Positions 8,961 to 19,768 of a stretch of 64,000 nucleotides of DNA are shown here, piece by piece; position 1 is the first letter of the stretch; the number at the start of each line of letters is the position of its first letter. The stretch is from Endomicrobiia bacterium. Lineage in GTDB: Bacteria; Elusimicrobiota; Endomicrobiia; DTEH01. The notes beneath the pieces were generated by a model. It had not been told where the DNA came from. It searched no databases and worked only from the letters and a program-made list of their open reading frames with translations. The stretch covers positions 60,842 through 124,841 of the forward strand of contig JANXDG010000035.1 of assembly GCA_025059805.1 (NCBI GenBank). The letters are read 5' to 3'. The position numbers were made by a program, and so were the translations under genes.

Positions 8961-10645
8961 TTAAAGAAATTTTGATTTAATATATTCAACATCCTCATAA
9001 TATCCAAGTTTTTCTAAAAGTTCTACAAATTTTGTTATCGCTAACTTATCTTCTGTCAAATCATAGACAAAAATTGAATATGCACACACCACCACAGGTT
9101 TTAAATTTTTTAAGAAATTGAATACAGTTTTGTCTGAATAATATGTGGATTGCAAGTTTGTTACGGAAACTGCAAGAATGATTCTGTCAAAGTTGTTTTT
9201 CACTATATTACTTCCTTGTCGTTCTTCATAAGTTAGATTTGAAATAAAACCTATCGGTCTATAAACAATACCATAATATTCTGGATCGCCAACGCCAAAA
9301 TATGAAAAATAAATACCTTTCTTAGCATAAGGATTTTTTTAATCCAGATAGATAATTCTTTTAACCCTTGACCCCAGTCTATGTTTGAGTCAGTATAATG
9401 TTTCCAACCATTTTCACTACCGCCTATAATTTCGTTAAAATAAGAAATATACCAAGGGTAAGCTTTCGCAGAAACAAAGGCATTCCATATGATAATTAAG
9501 TAATAAATAGTTCTAATCTTTTTAAAGGTAGCAAGTTTACACGATTGCCAAATAATTAAAGGATACACTGGCAGGAGATGTCTATGCCCAATCTGCATTT
9601 TTGAAAAAGACGATATGATTATATAAATAAATATTGAAACAAAAACTATAGTATCCTCAATTGTATCCTTTTTTTTAACAACATCGTGAAAAAATTTTAC
9701 TACACTCATAATAAAAACTAATAACAACGGTAATTCTGTTTTTAAACAAAATAATATTGGAAAGTATAACAGGAACCCTTTGGTTGAAAATTTGCCAAAA
9801 AAATAAGTTGACCTACCTTGTTGTGTTAAATAAATCACTTTTTCAAGACCATAAAACAAATCTAAAAAATTTACATTGTAAACAATCATTCCTACTATAA
9901 CAATACCAGAAATTATAAAGATACAAAATTTTAATATTTCGTTAAACTTAATAATTTTTTTATACCAAAAATATGATAAAAGGACAACATAGGTAAATAA
10001 TAACACAACAACAGAATATTTCGTTACCATCATTACACCTGTGAATAACGAACAAATTAACATTTCTATAACATTTTTTGTAATTATATACTTTAAAAAC
10101 CCATATATGCATAGAAAATAAAATATAGAAGCTATCATATCTTGTGTAATAAGACAACTATGTGCTGCTATACTTGTATTAAAACAATACAACAAACATG
10201 CTATCATCGCCGATGTTTTGTTTATGTTTTTACTAATTATAATATAAAACGGTATAACAAATAGTGCGGACAATATAATCATCATCTTCCTTCCAAAGTT
10301 AAGTAGTTTCTCTGCAGAGTAGTTGTTGTAGTAAAGCATAAGGTTTGCAAATAAATACCTTTGTCTATTCTGCCAGTAAATGTGGTTGGTATATAGCACA
10401 GGCTGTGGTTTTAAAAACATTAATGGTATTGCAGACAAAATTTTTGCAAGCACAGGATGGTCGTCTAAATATATAATATCCATAGAACCTGTCTTAAGGT
10501 ATGCATAACCTTGTATTAAATGAACAGGTTCGTCATATGTAGGTGATAGACGATTAATTACTTTAAAACCGCGAATTATAAATACAGCTATTACTATAAT
10601 TAAAAATCCAAAGTTAAAAAATTTTTTTAACAATGTGTTATTCAT
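8961..10645 (-). pseudogene. GT-C fold glycosyltransferase (GT39/ArnT/PMT-like), split by a 1-nt frameshift at an A7 run (true lesion, phase variation or sequencing error)
   Basis: ORF 9251-10645 has TYDEPVH, HPVLAK, IGHRHLLP and DSNIDWGQGL plus many TM helices. Adding one A at 9334-9340 continues it as NPYAKKGIYFSYFGVGDPEYYGI straight into the 8961-9203 ORF, giving 561 aa. Confidence 0.8.
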
Positions 10646-12828
10646 TTAGGAATACGTTCTATATAATATCTTGCTTCTTTATGTTCAGGATTTATCCTTA
10701 AAACTTGTGATAAATAATATCTTACTTTTCCCCATTCATTTTTACGCCAGTATACGACTGCAAGGTTATAATAAGCATCAGCAAGATAAGGATTATACTT
10801 CAACGCTTCACTGTAACTATCAACCGCAGAATCTAACATATTAAGTTTTTCCTGCACAACGCCTAAATGGAGATAACATATCGCTAAACGTTGAGAGATA
10901 TCCTGTATTACATCACTTGCTGCTTTATATTTTTTCGCCATCAATAAAAAGTTTTTGAATTTATGAATAGCTAAGTTATACCAGTAAAGCGCTTCATTAT
11001 ACATTGACCTGATAAAATTCATATACGCGATGTCAAAATATCCATAAGGTAATATCGGATTCATAAAAATTGATTTTTTATAAATCTTTTTAATATCTTC
11101 AAACAACTCTACACTACCAACAAATTCATGTGCATAATTAAGCAAGCCTTTACTATAATCTTCTATAATGTCAGAACTGAAGAATTCCCAGTTAAGATCG
11201 TACCTGTATCTGCCACGAAAAACATAAATATTATCATAAAAAAATCTTACCTGCAAAGGCATAGTTTTTTTACTATGTAACGACAATTCTGTACCAAATC
11301 CTTGCGGTATTAAAAAAACAGATTTACTTCGTACAAGTTCAACATCAGGTGTTATATAAATTCTAAAATTTTTAATATTATTACTAACAAACTTTTCTAT
11401 TGCATCTTCCGTATCTAAACGTGTAAGAAAAATTTCATCTACAAATTTTAAATAAGAAAGATAATTCTTATACATTTGCTGGTACCAGGTTGAGCCAGAC
11501 AAGCCACTTGCTATTACAAATACTGATGATCTAAACCCATCAACAAATTTTCTATAAAAACATGAAAACAACTGTACATCTTCTTTGACCACAACTAAAC
11601 TTCTATCAGGAACACTCCTAAAAAGATTTACGGTGTAATCATATGCATAAAAATTATTCCTTTTATTTAGCATTCTTATGTTTGCAATAAAATTATTAAC
11701 AGCTATGGAAAACAAGAAAATCACAAGTATGTATTTTATAACTTTGCTTTTATGTCTTTCTATGACGGAACTGATGCCAAAAATAAACCATATGTAAATA
11801 ATCACATTAGGAAGAAGAAAATGTGCTTCAAGGATAGCCATTGCATGTGGGTTCGGTGGCATATTAGCTTTGTATACAAAATAAACACAACTTAATAACC
11901 ATGACATTAATAACGATAAACTATAGTTTATATTAAACCAAAAACTTGCAAGTAAACCACATAGGACGAATATTAAACCTACAACTGACAAATTTTTGAT
12001 GAGATATGATATATACAATTTTATCCCGTCAAAAAAATTTTCTCCTGGGTTGTACCCAGCTGAGATTAAATCTAAAGTTGACCCGTGTGTTTTGCGAGTA
12101 ATAGATGCTATGAAACGGTCAAGCTCTGCAGGATTGTTCCAGTCAATAAACGGTTCACAAGATGAACGTATTGGTAAATACAAATAACTAATAATACCCA
12201 AGGTTACCAATATCACTAAAATACATAAATTTAAAAATTTCTTTCCATTACTCTTCAAATAATCCAAACCAATAAATAATACTATTGGAGAAAACAAAAT
12301 AAGATCTATTCTATTTGTTATTCCCAGACCAAGAATAAAAAATAAAAGATATATAAATCGTTTATCAAAAAAATAATATAAAGTAGATAAAAATATCAGT
12401 GACATCGCAAACAATGTATTTAAAGTATACATCTCAGATACTAAAGAAAGATACCATTGAAGATAGCCTAAAGAAAAAATCAAAGTTATAATATAACCTA
12501 TCAAACTAATAAAGATGTTTTGTTTATCACCATCTGATTTTACCGTTCTGTAGATTAAACTTTCATATATCCGAAAAAGAACAATCGCAGTTAACGCTGA
12601 AAAAATTGCTGACAATAAATTTATTCTATACGCAAAATTTGCAAAATAAAGCAACCTGCCTAAAAGATACGTAAGCATACTGTACAATGGATATCCTGGT
12701 GGATGAGCAACACCTAATATATACGCAACTGTAGCAAACTCGCCTGCGTCACGATACGCAGCAATCGTCGGAAATAAAGTATATAAGTAGATAGCGAATA
12801 TATTAAAAAATAAAATTAGATACTTCAT
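10642..12828 (-). CDS. DUF2723/TMEM260-family putative protein O-mannosyltransferase with C-terminal TPRs (paralog 3)
   Basis: RDAGEF...LGVAHPPGYPLY, AYRINLLSA, SEMYTL, YLYLPIRS...P.IDW; multiple TM helices; TPR tail. Confidence 0.85.
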   Translation of the reverse strand: MKYLILFFNIFAIYLYTLFPTIAAYRDAGEFATVAYILGVAHPPGYPLYSMLTYLLGRLLYFANFAYRINLLSAIFSALTAIVLFRIYESLIYRTVKSDGDKQNIFISLIGYIITLIFSLGYLQWYLSLVSEMYTLNTLFAMSLIFLSTLYYFFDKRFIYLLFFILGLGITNRIDLILFSPIVLFIGLDYLKSNGKKFLNLCILVILVTLGIISYLYLPIRSSCEPFIDWNNPAELDRFIASITRKTHGSTLDLISAGYNPGENFFDGIKLYISYLIKNLSVVGLIFVLCGLLASFWFNINYSLSLLMSWLLSCVYFVYKANMPPNPHAMAILEAHFLLPNVIIYIWFIFGISSVIERHKSKVIKYILVIFLFSIAVNNFIANIRMLNKRNNFYAYDYTVNLFRSVPDRSLVVVKEDVQLFSCFYRKFVDGFRSSVFVIASGLSGSTWYQQMYKNYLSYLKFVDEIFLTRLDTEDAIEKFVSNNIKNFRIYITPDVELVRSKSVFLIPQGFGTELSLHSKKTMPLQVRFFYDNIYVFRGRYRYDLNWEFFSSDIIEDYSKGLLNYAHEFVGSVELFEDIKKIYKKSIFMNPILPYGYFDIAYMNFIRSMYNEALYWYNLAIHKFKNFLLMAKKYKAASDVIQDISQRLAICYLHLGVVQEKLNMLDSAVDSYSEALKYNPYLADAYYNLAVVYWRKNEWGKVRYYLSQVLRINPEHKEARYYIERIPK

Positions 12829-14864
12829 TTTTGTGACATCAAATTTTTTAGAACGTTTTGTATATATTTATCTTGTGGTTCTAACTCAAGGTATTTTTTA
12901 AAACTTGATATTGCATCTTCTTTTTTGCCAAGTTTCATATATAAACTTCCAAGATTATAGTATGCAATTTTATAATCTGGATCTACTTGTAAAGCCTTTT
13001 TGTACCATAACTCTGAGTCGTTAAATCTATTCATTTTTTCATAAACAACACCTAAATTAACAGTTGTTTCAACATATAATGTTTTGTCTATAGAATATTT
13101 CAGTATCTTCTCATACACAGCAGCTGCACTATTAAAACTCCCTACTAAAAAGTAATAATATCCAATAAAACTTAGGAATCTTGGATTTTGTGTTTCAAGA
13201 AACAATTTGGTATAGTAATTTTTAGATACATCAAAAAATTTTTTATCTTTTAATGATAAATCAAAGTAATACTGAGATATTAATTCAAGATGAGTTATAT
13301 ACAGTCCGTATTCACGCGGCAGGAAATGTTTTGGCTCGTTTCTTAACACATATATTTTATGTGGTATAACAGTTTCAATAGATTTAGTATGATAAAGCAA
13401 ACCAAACTTATATTTTTTGATAATAGTTTGTTCAGGCAAGACTGTATTATAAAGAACAGTGTTGGTAGATTTATTTACTATCTCCATCTCAACCTTATTT
13501 CTAATTTCTAGCCGTGGCTTGCCCCATATCTTATAATAGTCATCACCATAAATGCTTCGTGTAACAGAAGCGTTACAATCTATAAATTTCACATCTGTTC
13601 TTTTTGACAGCAACCGCTGATAATATGCTATTGAAAACTCTGTCTCATCAGCTCTGTCAGAAAAAAGTATACTGTTATACGGTATGTTATGGAAAATGTT
13701 CATTGTGTAATCGTAAAGGAAAAAATTCTTTCTTTGATTATTAAACTCTAAATTTTTTACAGTATAAAAAAAGTTAAACAAGGCTAGACATAGAAAAATT
13801 ATTTTATTTTTTAATATGTCTTTTAATGAATAAGATATAAAGATAGACAATGCAAAAAATGTAACTGTAATTAACCGTTCAAGTATATAAATATTCCCGT
13901 ACGTAACACTAGTTAATCCTGTCATTGAAATTAAAAAAATTCCACTAAAAAATATTACTAAAACAAAAATTAAGCCGTAAATGAATTTTTCTAAAGTTCT
14001 ACTTCTAAATATCCAGAAAATAATAGCGACTGTTACGAAAATTATGTTTCTCAAACCTAAAATATGAAGGTATATTTTAATAGCAGAAAAAAATTGTACT
14101 AAGTCAAAACTTAACTTACCACCCTGAGCTAAGCTTAAGGTACCGTATCTCCCTCTTGTGAATAGATAAAACGCTCTTTCAATAGTTTCTGCATCTTCCC
14201 AATCATATAACGGTTCTTTAAAAGACCTTACTGGCACGTATGTATAGATAAGTATACCAACAAGAAAAAGTAAGATTGTAAGACAAAAATTTTTTAGTGT
14301 TAATTTATGTTTATCTCTTTTTATTAGATAAATAAACCAAACGACTACTGCTGGAATATAAAATATCGTTATATGTTGATTACCAAATGACAAACCAATT
14401 AAAAATGCAACTAAATATAATCGCTTTTCAAACGATAGAGATTCATTAAACGCTACAAACAAAATCAACACAAAAATGAAATTGTGTAACGCAAAAACTT
14501 CGCCAACAATACTTTGTCTCAGAAGAACTTCTTGCGATACAATAAATGTTAGCCCAAAAATAGCAATTTGGTTGTTAACAACTTTTTTTAGTAATAAAAA
14601 TACTAAAAATGTACTACCGGCAAATAATAATATAGAACCTAATGCGGTTCTGTAACCATAATCACCTAATGGAAATACAAATGTAAAAACCTTGTACAAA
14701 TTACAAAACAATGGATACCCAGGACTATGTGCTATTCCTAACGTAACCGAAGCACCGGTAAGTTCTGCAACATCGCCTATAGTTACCGTAGGTGGACAAA
14801 TATGTATTAGCACAAAAGTATAAACCAACAACAAAAAAAATATTATCAAATTCATTAGTATCAC
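12825..14864 (-). CDS. DUF2723/TMEM260-family putative protein O-mannosyltransferase with C-terminal TPRs (paralog 2)
   Basis: GDVAEL...LGIAHSPGYPLF, GEVFAL, GNQH, YTYVPVRS..EP.YDW; TPR tail. Start is GTG 14864 or ATG 14855. Confidence 0.85.
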   Translation of the reverse strand: MILMNLIIFFLLLVYTFVLIHICPPTVTIGDVAELTGASVTLGIAHSPGYPLFCNLYKVFTFVFPLGDYGYRTALGSILLFAGSTFLVFLLLKKVVNNQIAIFGLTFIVSQEVLLRQSIVGEVFALHNFIFVLILFVAFNESLSFEKRLYLVAFLIGLSFGNQHITIFYIPAVVVWFIYLIKRDKHKLTLKNFCLTILLFLVGILIYTYVPVRSFKEPLYDWEDAETIERAFYLFTRGRYGTLSLAQGGKLSFDLVQFFSAIKIYLHILGLRNIIFVTVAIIFWIFRSRTLEKFIYGLIFVLVIFFSGIFLISMTGLTSVTYGNIYILERLITVTFFALSIFISYSLKDILKNKIIFLCLALFNFFYTVKNLEFNNQRKNFFLYDYTMNIFHNIPYNSILFSDRADETEFSIAYYQRLLSKRTDVKFIDCNASVTRSIYGDDYYKIWGKPRLEIRNKVEMEIVNKSTNTVLYNTVLPEQTIIKKYKFGLLYHTKSIETVIPHKIYVLRNEPKHFLPREYGLYITHLELISQYYFDLSLKDKKFFDVSKNYYTKLFLETQNPRFLSFIGYYYFLVGSFNSAAAVYEKILKYSIDKTLYVETTVNLGVVYEKMNRFNDSELWYKKALQVDPDYKIAYYNLGSLYMKLGKKEDAISSFKKYLELEPQDKYIQNVLKNLMSQK

Positions 14865-16915
14865 TTTTTGTTTGTTTTGTTTTTCTCTATCATCGCACGA
14901 TAAAGAAAAGCTCTAACCTGTTCATTATTTGGTTGCAGTTTCAGTACTTCATTAAAGTATCTAATTACATTGTCCCAATCGGATTTTTTCCAATATAATA
15001 CAGCAAGGTTGTAATAAGCGGTTACATTTGATTTATCTATTTCTAACACTTTATTATATAACAATACTGCTTTGTCTAAATCATCCATTTTTTCATAGGT
15101 TACACCTAAATTAAGTAACCCATGTAAATCATTAGGATTAACTTTAAGAATAAATTCGTATATATCTTTACAAAATTCGTAATTGCTTTCATTAAATTCA
15201 CGATAGGCACAATTATGTAGCTCTACAACAATATTATTTTTTAACCAGTCAACCTCTGGCCATAAATAATAACTATATTTTAACAGATTAAAACACTTAA
15301 ATGTGTCTTCAGAATTTGTAGCTTCCATAAAATGATATATCGGCACCAAAGCTTTACTACGATAATCGTAATAGTTTTCAAATACTCCTCTATATGAATA
15401 TATTTCCTTAAAAATTCGTTCGTCAATTTGTCCTTGAGTTAAATTAGTTTTAACAGCATAAATCACACCTGCGTAAGTTAAAGTGTAACCTGGCAAAATA
15501 TTTTTGTTAAATGTAGAATAAAATACAGGTCTTTGTTTAACATAGGAACTTTCTATCAATATTCGTCTTTGATTTTTTTCTTGTGGTGTTAACTTACGAA
15601 AATCTTCACCATAGATGTTTTTAAAAACTAACCCACCACGGTCATGTAAACTCACATCTAACCGCTTTTTTTCTACTGCTTGCAGATATCCTAAAGTGTA
15701 AAAGGTATCGTCACCTCCGTCCATAAAAAGTATGCTATTTGGTAACATACTACGAAAAATGTTCATACCGTAATCATAGTTTAGATAATAATTCCGATAA
15801 TTACATTGAATGAAATTCTTATTTAACTTATATACCACTGACAAAACGTATAGAATTACAATTCCTAATGTTAATAAAGATCTTCTCGGGACGAAACCTA
15901 ATGCAAATATAATTGCGAAAATTAATATAGTATTTGGCATAATATAAAATCTTTCCAAAATTCCGTCATGAATTGGTTCAAAAGGTAGGTTGGCTAATAT
16001 CAAAAATCCTATACCTGATAGTATATAAGGTATGAATAAAATCCAGAATAACTTCTGGTTCTTACTAGATATAATATAAAATGATAAAATTCCAGAAATA
16101 AATATCACTATAGTTAAATCCTCTACTGATTTAGATACAAACCGTTTTATCTGCAGATATACAGAGTGTATGGTTCGCTTTATTGGTTTGTCAACTGTAA
16201 GCTGAAAAGTCCCATAATCTTTTCGTGTAATTACACGGTAAAGGTTGGTAAGATTTTTTGCATTACCCCAGTTAAAATATGGTTCTTTACTTGCTCTTAT
16301 TGGAAGAAAGATATATACACTAAATCCAAACATAAAAAATAAAACACAATACAAAATTTTTTTTATACTCAGTTTTGAGCAAAACAATACATATATAATT
16401 GATGGTAAAACAAATATGACTGTATGATGGTTACCTAACGAAACAGCAAAAATAAATATTATCAAATAAATCAGTTTCTCATTCCTCTGCACTTGCTGAA
16501 GTAAGATTAATATCGCAACTACACTTACTGTGTTTAATATAAAAACTTCGGTTTGTACTGTGTTTCTAAAATAAGAAGTTGAAAATATCAAATTTAACAA
16601 AATTAAAACTGCAACTAAAGATTTCTGCCTGTCATCTAAGTGTTTATTACTCCATAAATAAATAATAAACGATAGCAGAAAAGTTAAAATTATATTCATT
16701 AAATTCACTCTATAAGCAAATGTACCAAACGGAATCAAAAAACAAAAAATTTTGCCAAGCAAACAATACAGTGGGTACCCTGGACTATGTGCGATACCAA
16801 GCGTACATGAGGTAGTTATAAATTCACCGCTGTCACCACTGTTAACCGACGGTGAACAACAGTATAAAAGAATTGCAAATACTCCAAATATTATAGCATA
16901 AACTTTCCACATCAT
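14861..16915 (-). CDS. DUF2723/TMEM260-family putative protein O-mannosyltransferase with C-terminal TPRs (paralog 1)
   Basis: GDSGEF...LGIAHSPGYPLY, AYRVNL, TEVFIL, GNHHT, FLPIRA..EPYFNWG, GDDTFY; TPR tail. Confidence 0.88.
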   Translation of the reverse strand: MMWKVYAIIFGVFAILLYCCSPSVNSGDSGEFITTSCTLGIAHSPGYPLYCLLGKIFCFLIPFGTFAYRVNLMNIILTFLLSFIIYLWSNKHLDDRQKSLVAVLILLNLIFSTSYFRNTVQTEVFILNTVSVVAILILLQQVQRNEKLIYLIIFIFAVSLGNHHTVIFVLPSIIYVLFCSKLSIKKILYCVLFFMFGFSVYIFLPIRASKEPYFNWGNAKNLTNLYRVITRKDYGTFQLTVDKPIKRTIHSVYLQIKRFVSKSVEDLTIVIFISGILSFYIISSKNQKLFWILFIPYILSGIGFLILANLPFEPIHDGILERFYIMPNTILIFAIIFALGFVPRRSLLTLGIVILYVLSVVYKLNKNFIQCNYRNYYLNYDYGMNIFRSMLPNSILFMDGGDDTFYTLGYLQAVEKKRLDVSLHDRGGLVFKNIYGEDFRKLTPQEKNQRRILIESSYVKQRPVFYSTFNKNILPGYTLTYAGVIYAVKTNLTQGQIDERIFKEIYSYRGVFENYYDYRSKALVPIYHFMEATNSEDTFKCFNLLKYSYYLWPEVDWLKNNIVVELHNCAYREFNESNYEFCKDIYEFILKVNPNDLHGLLNLGVTYEKMDDLDKAVLLYNKVLEIDKSNVTAYYNLAVLYWKKSDWDNVIRYFNEVLKLQPNNEQVRAFLYRAMIEKNKTNKK

Positions 16916-16919
16916 AAAA

Positions 16920-19022
16920 TTATTTAACCTTTGCTAAATATATTTCTAACAAGAATAAAACGATAAACAAAAATCCTATCAATGGAGATTTTGATACGTC
17001 AAAAATCATTATTGAGTCCGTGCTTGATTTGTGACCTATTTCATCTATAATTTTTCTTAAATCAACTTGGTCAATAAAATAAACCTTTGTCTTATACTCA
17101 TTTGCTAAACTATTTAAATACTGAAGATCAACCTTTAGCCTTTCTATCTCGTCATAACTTTGTAGGCCAACTTTTATCTCTTTTTGTTCCTTTATAACTT
17201 CATTATTATAATTCGCAGTTGCTGTTATTATATATTTCCCTTCAAGTTCAGGTATAAACTCTGTTGCGTATAAAGAATCTGAAACTTTTGATACATATAA
17301 AGTCTTTTTATTCTTGTCTGGATATGTTATAAATACTTGTGGGCTCTGTTTCAATTTAACGTTTGAAATTAATTGAATATCAATATGTTCATTTGGATTA
17401 TAAATGTCATCACATAAGAGATTTATCAATTTTATATCTTCAACACCAGCAGTGTAATAAATAATGTTTTTCCAAAATTTATTGTGTAAGTATTTATAAT
17501 CATATTTTTCTGATAAAAGATTACCTAAGACCCACCGCCATGTTGTGTTTGTCATTGAAACGAAGACACGTCCCTTACCTGCTGTCCAATAACACATTAT
17601 CGGTATGTTACCATACTGAAGTAAAACTTTGCCTGTAGGTTTTAATCCTGCAACTTTCTGGTAGTTGCCCAAATTAGGTATGTTTTTCCACACAAGTTTG
17701 TTTGTTGAATCATCATCATATACATTAATCAATGGATTATTATAATCTACTACCTCTGGCTTATACTCAGTATATACTAACTGTTCTTTTTCATCTATAA
17801 CTACAGGTAAAATTTCTTCAATCGGTGTAAATTTATATCCTCCAGAGAAAAAAGAATTTTTGCCACCTATCATTATAAATCCGCCACCTGAGATAACAAA
17901 TTTCTTTACATTTTCAAGGTGCTCTCTTATAACCCAAAATCCACGATAACTAAAGTTTTCAAATATAATTAGGTCATAATTGAATAACTCTTTCAAAAAA
18001 ATTTCATTAACAGGAAATGGAATTAAAGCCAAATCTTCATCTGGTACTATCACTATACTTTCAGGATTACGCAGAATTACAAAAGATACAAGGTCTACTA
18101 ACGGATCGTTCTTCATTAAGTTTCTCAATTGAAAATATTCTGGTGAAGGTTGACCACATATATATAAAATCCTGATTTTGTTTTTTCTAACATTTATTTC
18201 TATCTCACGAAAATTGTTTTCATATGATATTTCTTCAGGAAGTTTTTCAAGTTCAACTCTAAACCTATACTTACCAACTTGTGTTGGAATAAAACTAAGT
18301 TCTACTTTAACTATTTCTTTTCTTAAAACAACCTCCTGTCTTGCCAGTGTTTGTTGTTTTTCTATATCTATAAGTTTTATGGATATAGACTTATTATCAT
18401 ATCCGTAGTTTAATACTTCAATGTTAAACTTATGTTCTATATCTTTAAATCCAGTATTACTATATCTCACATCTGATAATGAAACATCTTTAAAATTTTG
18501 TTCATTAAAAGTAATAGGAATTACAGACACATTTTCATTTTTTAACTTTGGTAGGTTATGTGAAAGATTAATTCCGTCAGTGATTAAAATTACAGCAGTT
18601 CTATTAGCTATTTTAGATATTAATTTATCAATTACATAATCTATTCTTGTTCCTTTTGGTTCTACCTTGATATCAGATGCATTAGTACTTTCATAAACAT
18701 TCTCGTTAAAAATGAATGTTTTAACATTATATTTATCCACGATCGTTTCTAATTTCTTTTCAAGAAACGAAATTACTTTTTTTATCCTGTTATTGAACTT
18801 CATACTGTAAGAGTTGTCAATTAATACATATACCGACAATATCTTTTTATTCTCTACAACTCTGTACTGTAAATTAAAAACCAATATGAGCAATAATAGT
18901 AAGAGTAATATTCTTAATAATGATACTTTGGTTATTCCAGCTTTTTTTAATACGCTAACGATTAACAAAAGCAAAACAATACCTATAAAAACAGAAAGAA
19001 AATTAAAACTAAAGTGAATCAT
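16920..19022 (-). CDS. Membrane protein with VWA and class I glutamine-amidotransferase-like domains (MoxR-associated module)
   Basis: N-terminal TMs, MIDAS DNSYS plus LITDG, LALIPFP..EIF, GGGFIMIGG..SF..GGY..TPIEEILPV, GKGRV, TWRW, C-terminal TM. Confidence 0.78.
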   Translation of the reverse strand: MIHFSFNFLSVFIGIVLLLLIVSVLKKAGITKVSLLRILLLLLLLILVFNLQYRVVENKKILSVYVLIDNSYSMKFNNRIKKVISFLEKKLETIVDKYNVKTFIFNENVYESTNASDIKVEPKGTRIDYVIDKLISKIANRTAVILITDGINLSHNLPKLKNENVSVIPITFNEQNFKDVSLSDVRYSNTGFKDIEHKFNIEVLNYGYDNKSISIKLIDIEKQQTLARQEVVLRKEIVKVELSFIPTQVGKYRFRVELEKLPEEISYENNFREIEINVRKNKIRILYICGQPSPEYFQLRNLMKNDPLVDLVSFVILRNPESIVIVPDEDLALIPFPVNEIFLKELFNYDLIIFENFSYRGFWVIREHLENVKKFVISGGGFIMIGGKNSFFSGGYKFTPIEEILPVVIDEKEQLVYTEYKPEVVDYNNPLINVYDDDSTNKLVWKNIPNLGNYQKVAGLKPTGKVLLQYGNIPIMCYWTAGKGRVFVSMTNTTWRWVLGNLLSEKYDYKYLHNKFWKNIIYYTAGVEDIKLINLLCDDIYNPNEHIDIQLISNVKLKQSPQVFITYPDKNKKTLYVSKVSDSLYATEFIPELEGKYIITATANYNNEVIKEQKEIKVGLQSYDEIERLKVDLQYLNSLANEYKTKVYFIDQVDLRKIIDEIGHKSSTDSIMIFDVSKSPLIGFLFIVLFLLEIYLAKVK

Positions 19023-19768
19023 CTTTTACGTCTCAGTTTTTGTTCTATATAAGGTTGGTGTACCTTATCCATTTTGTATGTCCCACATAGAGAATACATA
19101 ATTATGTTCAAGAACAATTTTTGTGAATTAAACCTCTGATATTCTCCTTTAGGAACACATGTGTAAATAAATTTTCCAAACCTATCTTTTGCCCAACAAG
19201 ATATAATATTATTTCTTGAATAAATAATAGCAGGACGGTTCTCATACTCAATATATTCTAAATAAGGATATATAATAACTCTACCAGTAACCTCAGTTAT
19301 TAAATAAAATGATTTCATTAAAACATGTTCCTGTGTTGTCTTTTTTAATTTATATTCAGGAAACATTATTTTTAAGTATCTTCTTATACTCTCATCAAAA
19401 CTGCTTTTATACAGTTCAGAAGTATCTTCAATAAACAGTGTTCCTCCGTTAAGTATATAATTTCTCAAAATTCTTATTGACCTATGTGGGATATTAATCT
19501 CACTGTCACCAAGTAAAATCACAAAAGGTGTTTTTGAGAGTTCAAAAGCTAAATTTTCAGAAGAAAGATCTATCACTACTCTTTCTTTTTCTACACTAAC
19601 ACTTGTGGTTAAGGAAAGAATGTCTATAACATCTTTGTATATCCAAGGGTAAGGATCCCAATTCCCAGGATATTTTAACTGTGCAAAAACAAACTTATCC
19701 GTAGTGTAAACAAAGATATTATTAACACATACAAGAAAACAAAACAATACAGTTAATATTTTTTTCAC
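19019..19768 (-). CDS. DUF4159 domain protein, probably exported
   Basis: Signal-like N-terminus; KY.GNW.P, PF..L.G, LRNYILNGGTLFIED, H.L.KSFYL, NIIMYSL.GTYK.D.VH. Confidence 0.8.
   Translation of the reverse strand: MKKILTVLFCFLVCVNNIFVYTTDKFVFAQLKYPGNWDPYPWIYKDVIDILSLTTSVSVEKERVVIDLSSENLAFELSKTPFVILLGDSEINIPHRSIRILRNYILNGGTLFIEDTSELYKSSFDESIRRYLKIMFPEYKLKKTTQEHVLMKSFYLITEVTGRVIIYPYLEYIEYENRPAIIYSRNNIISCWAKDRFGKFIYTCVPKGEYQRFNSQKLFLNIIMYSLCGTYKMDKVHQPYIEQKLRRKR

Noticed and set aside
8961-9203. 80-aa ORF as an independent gene
   Set aside because: It is the in-frame C-terminus of the frameshifted GT39-like gene; its frame is open upstream to the A7 tract.
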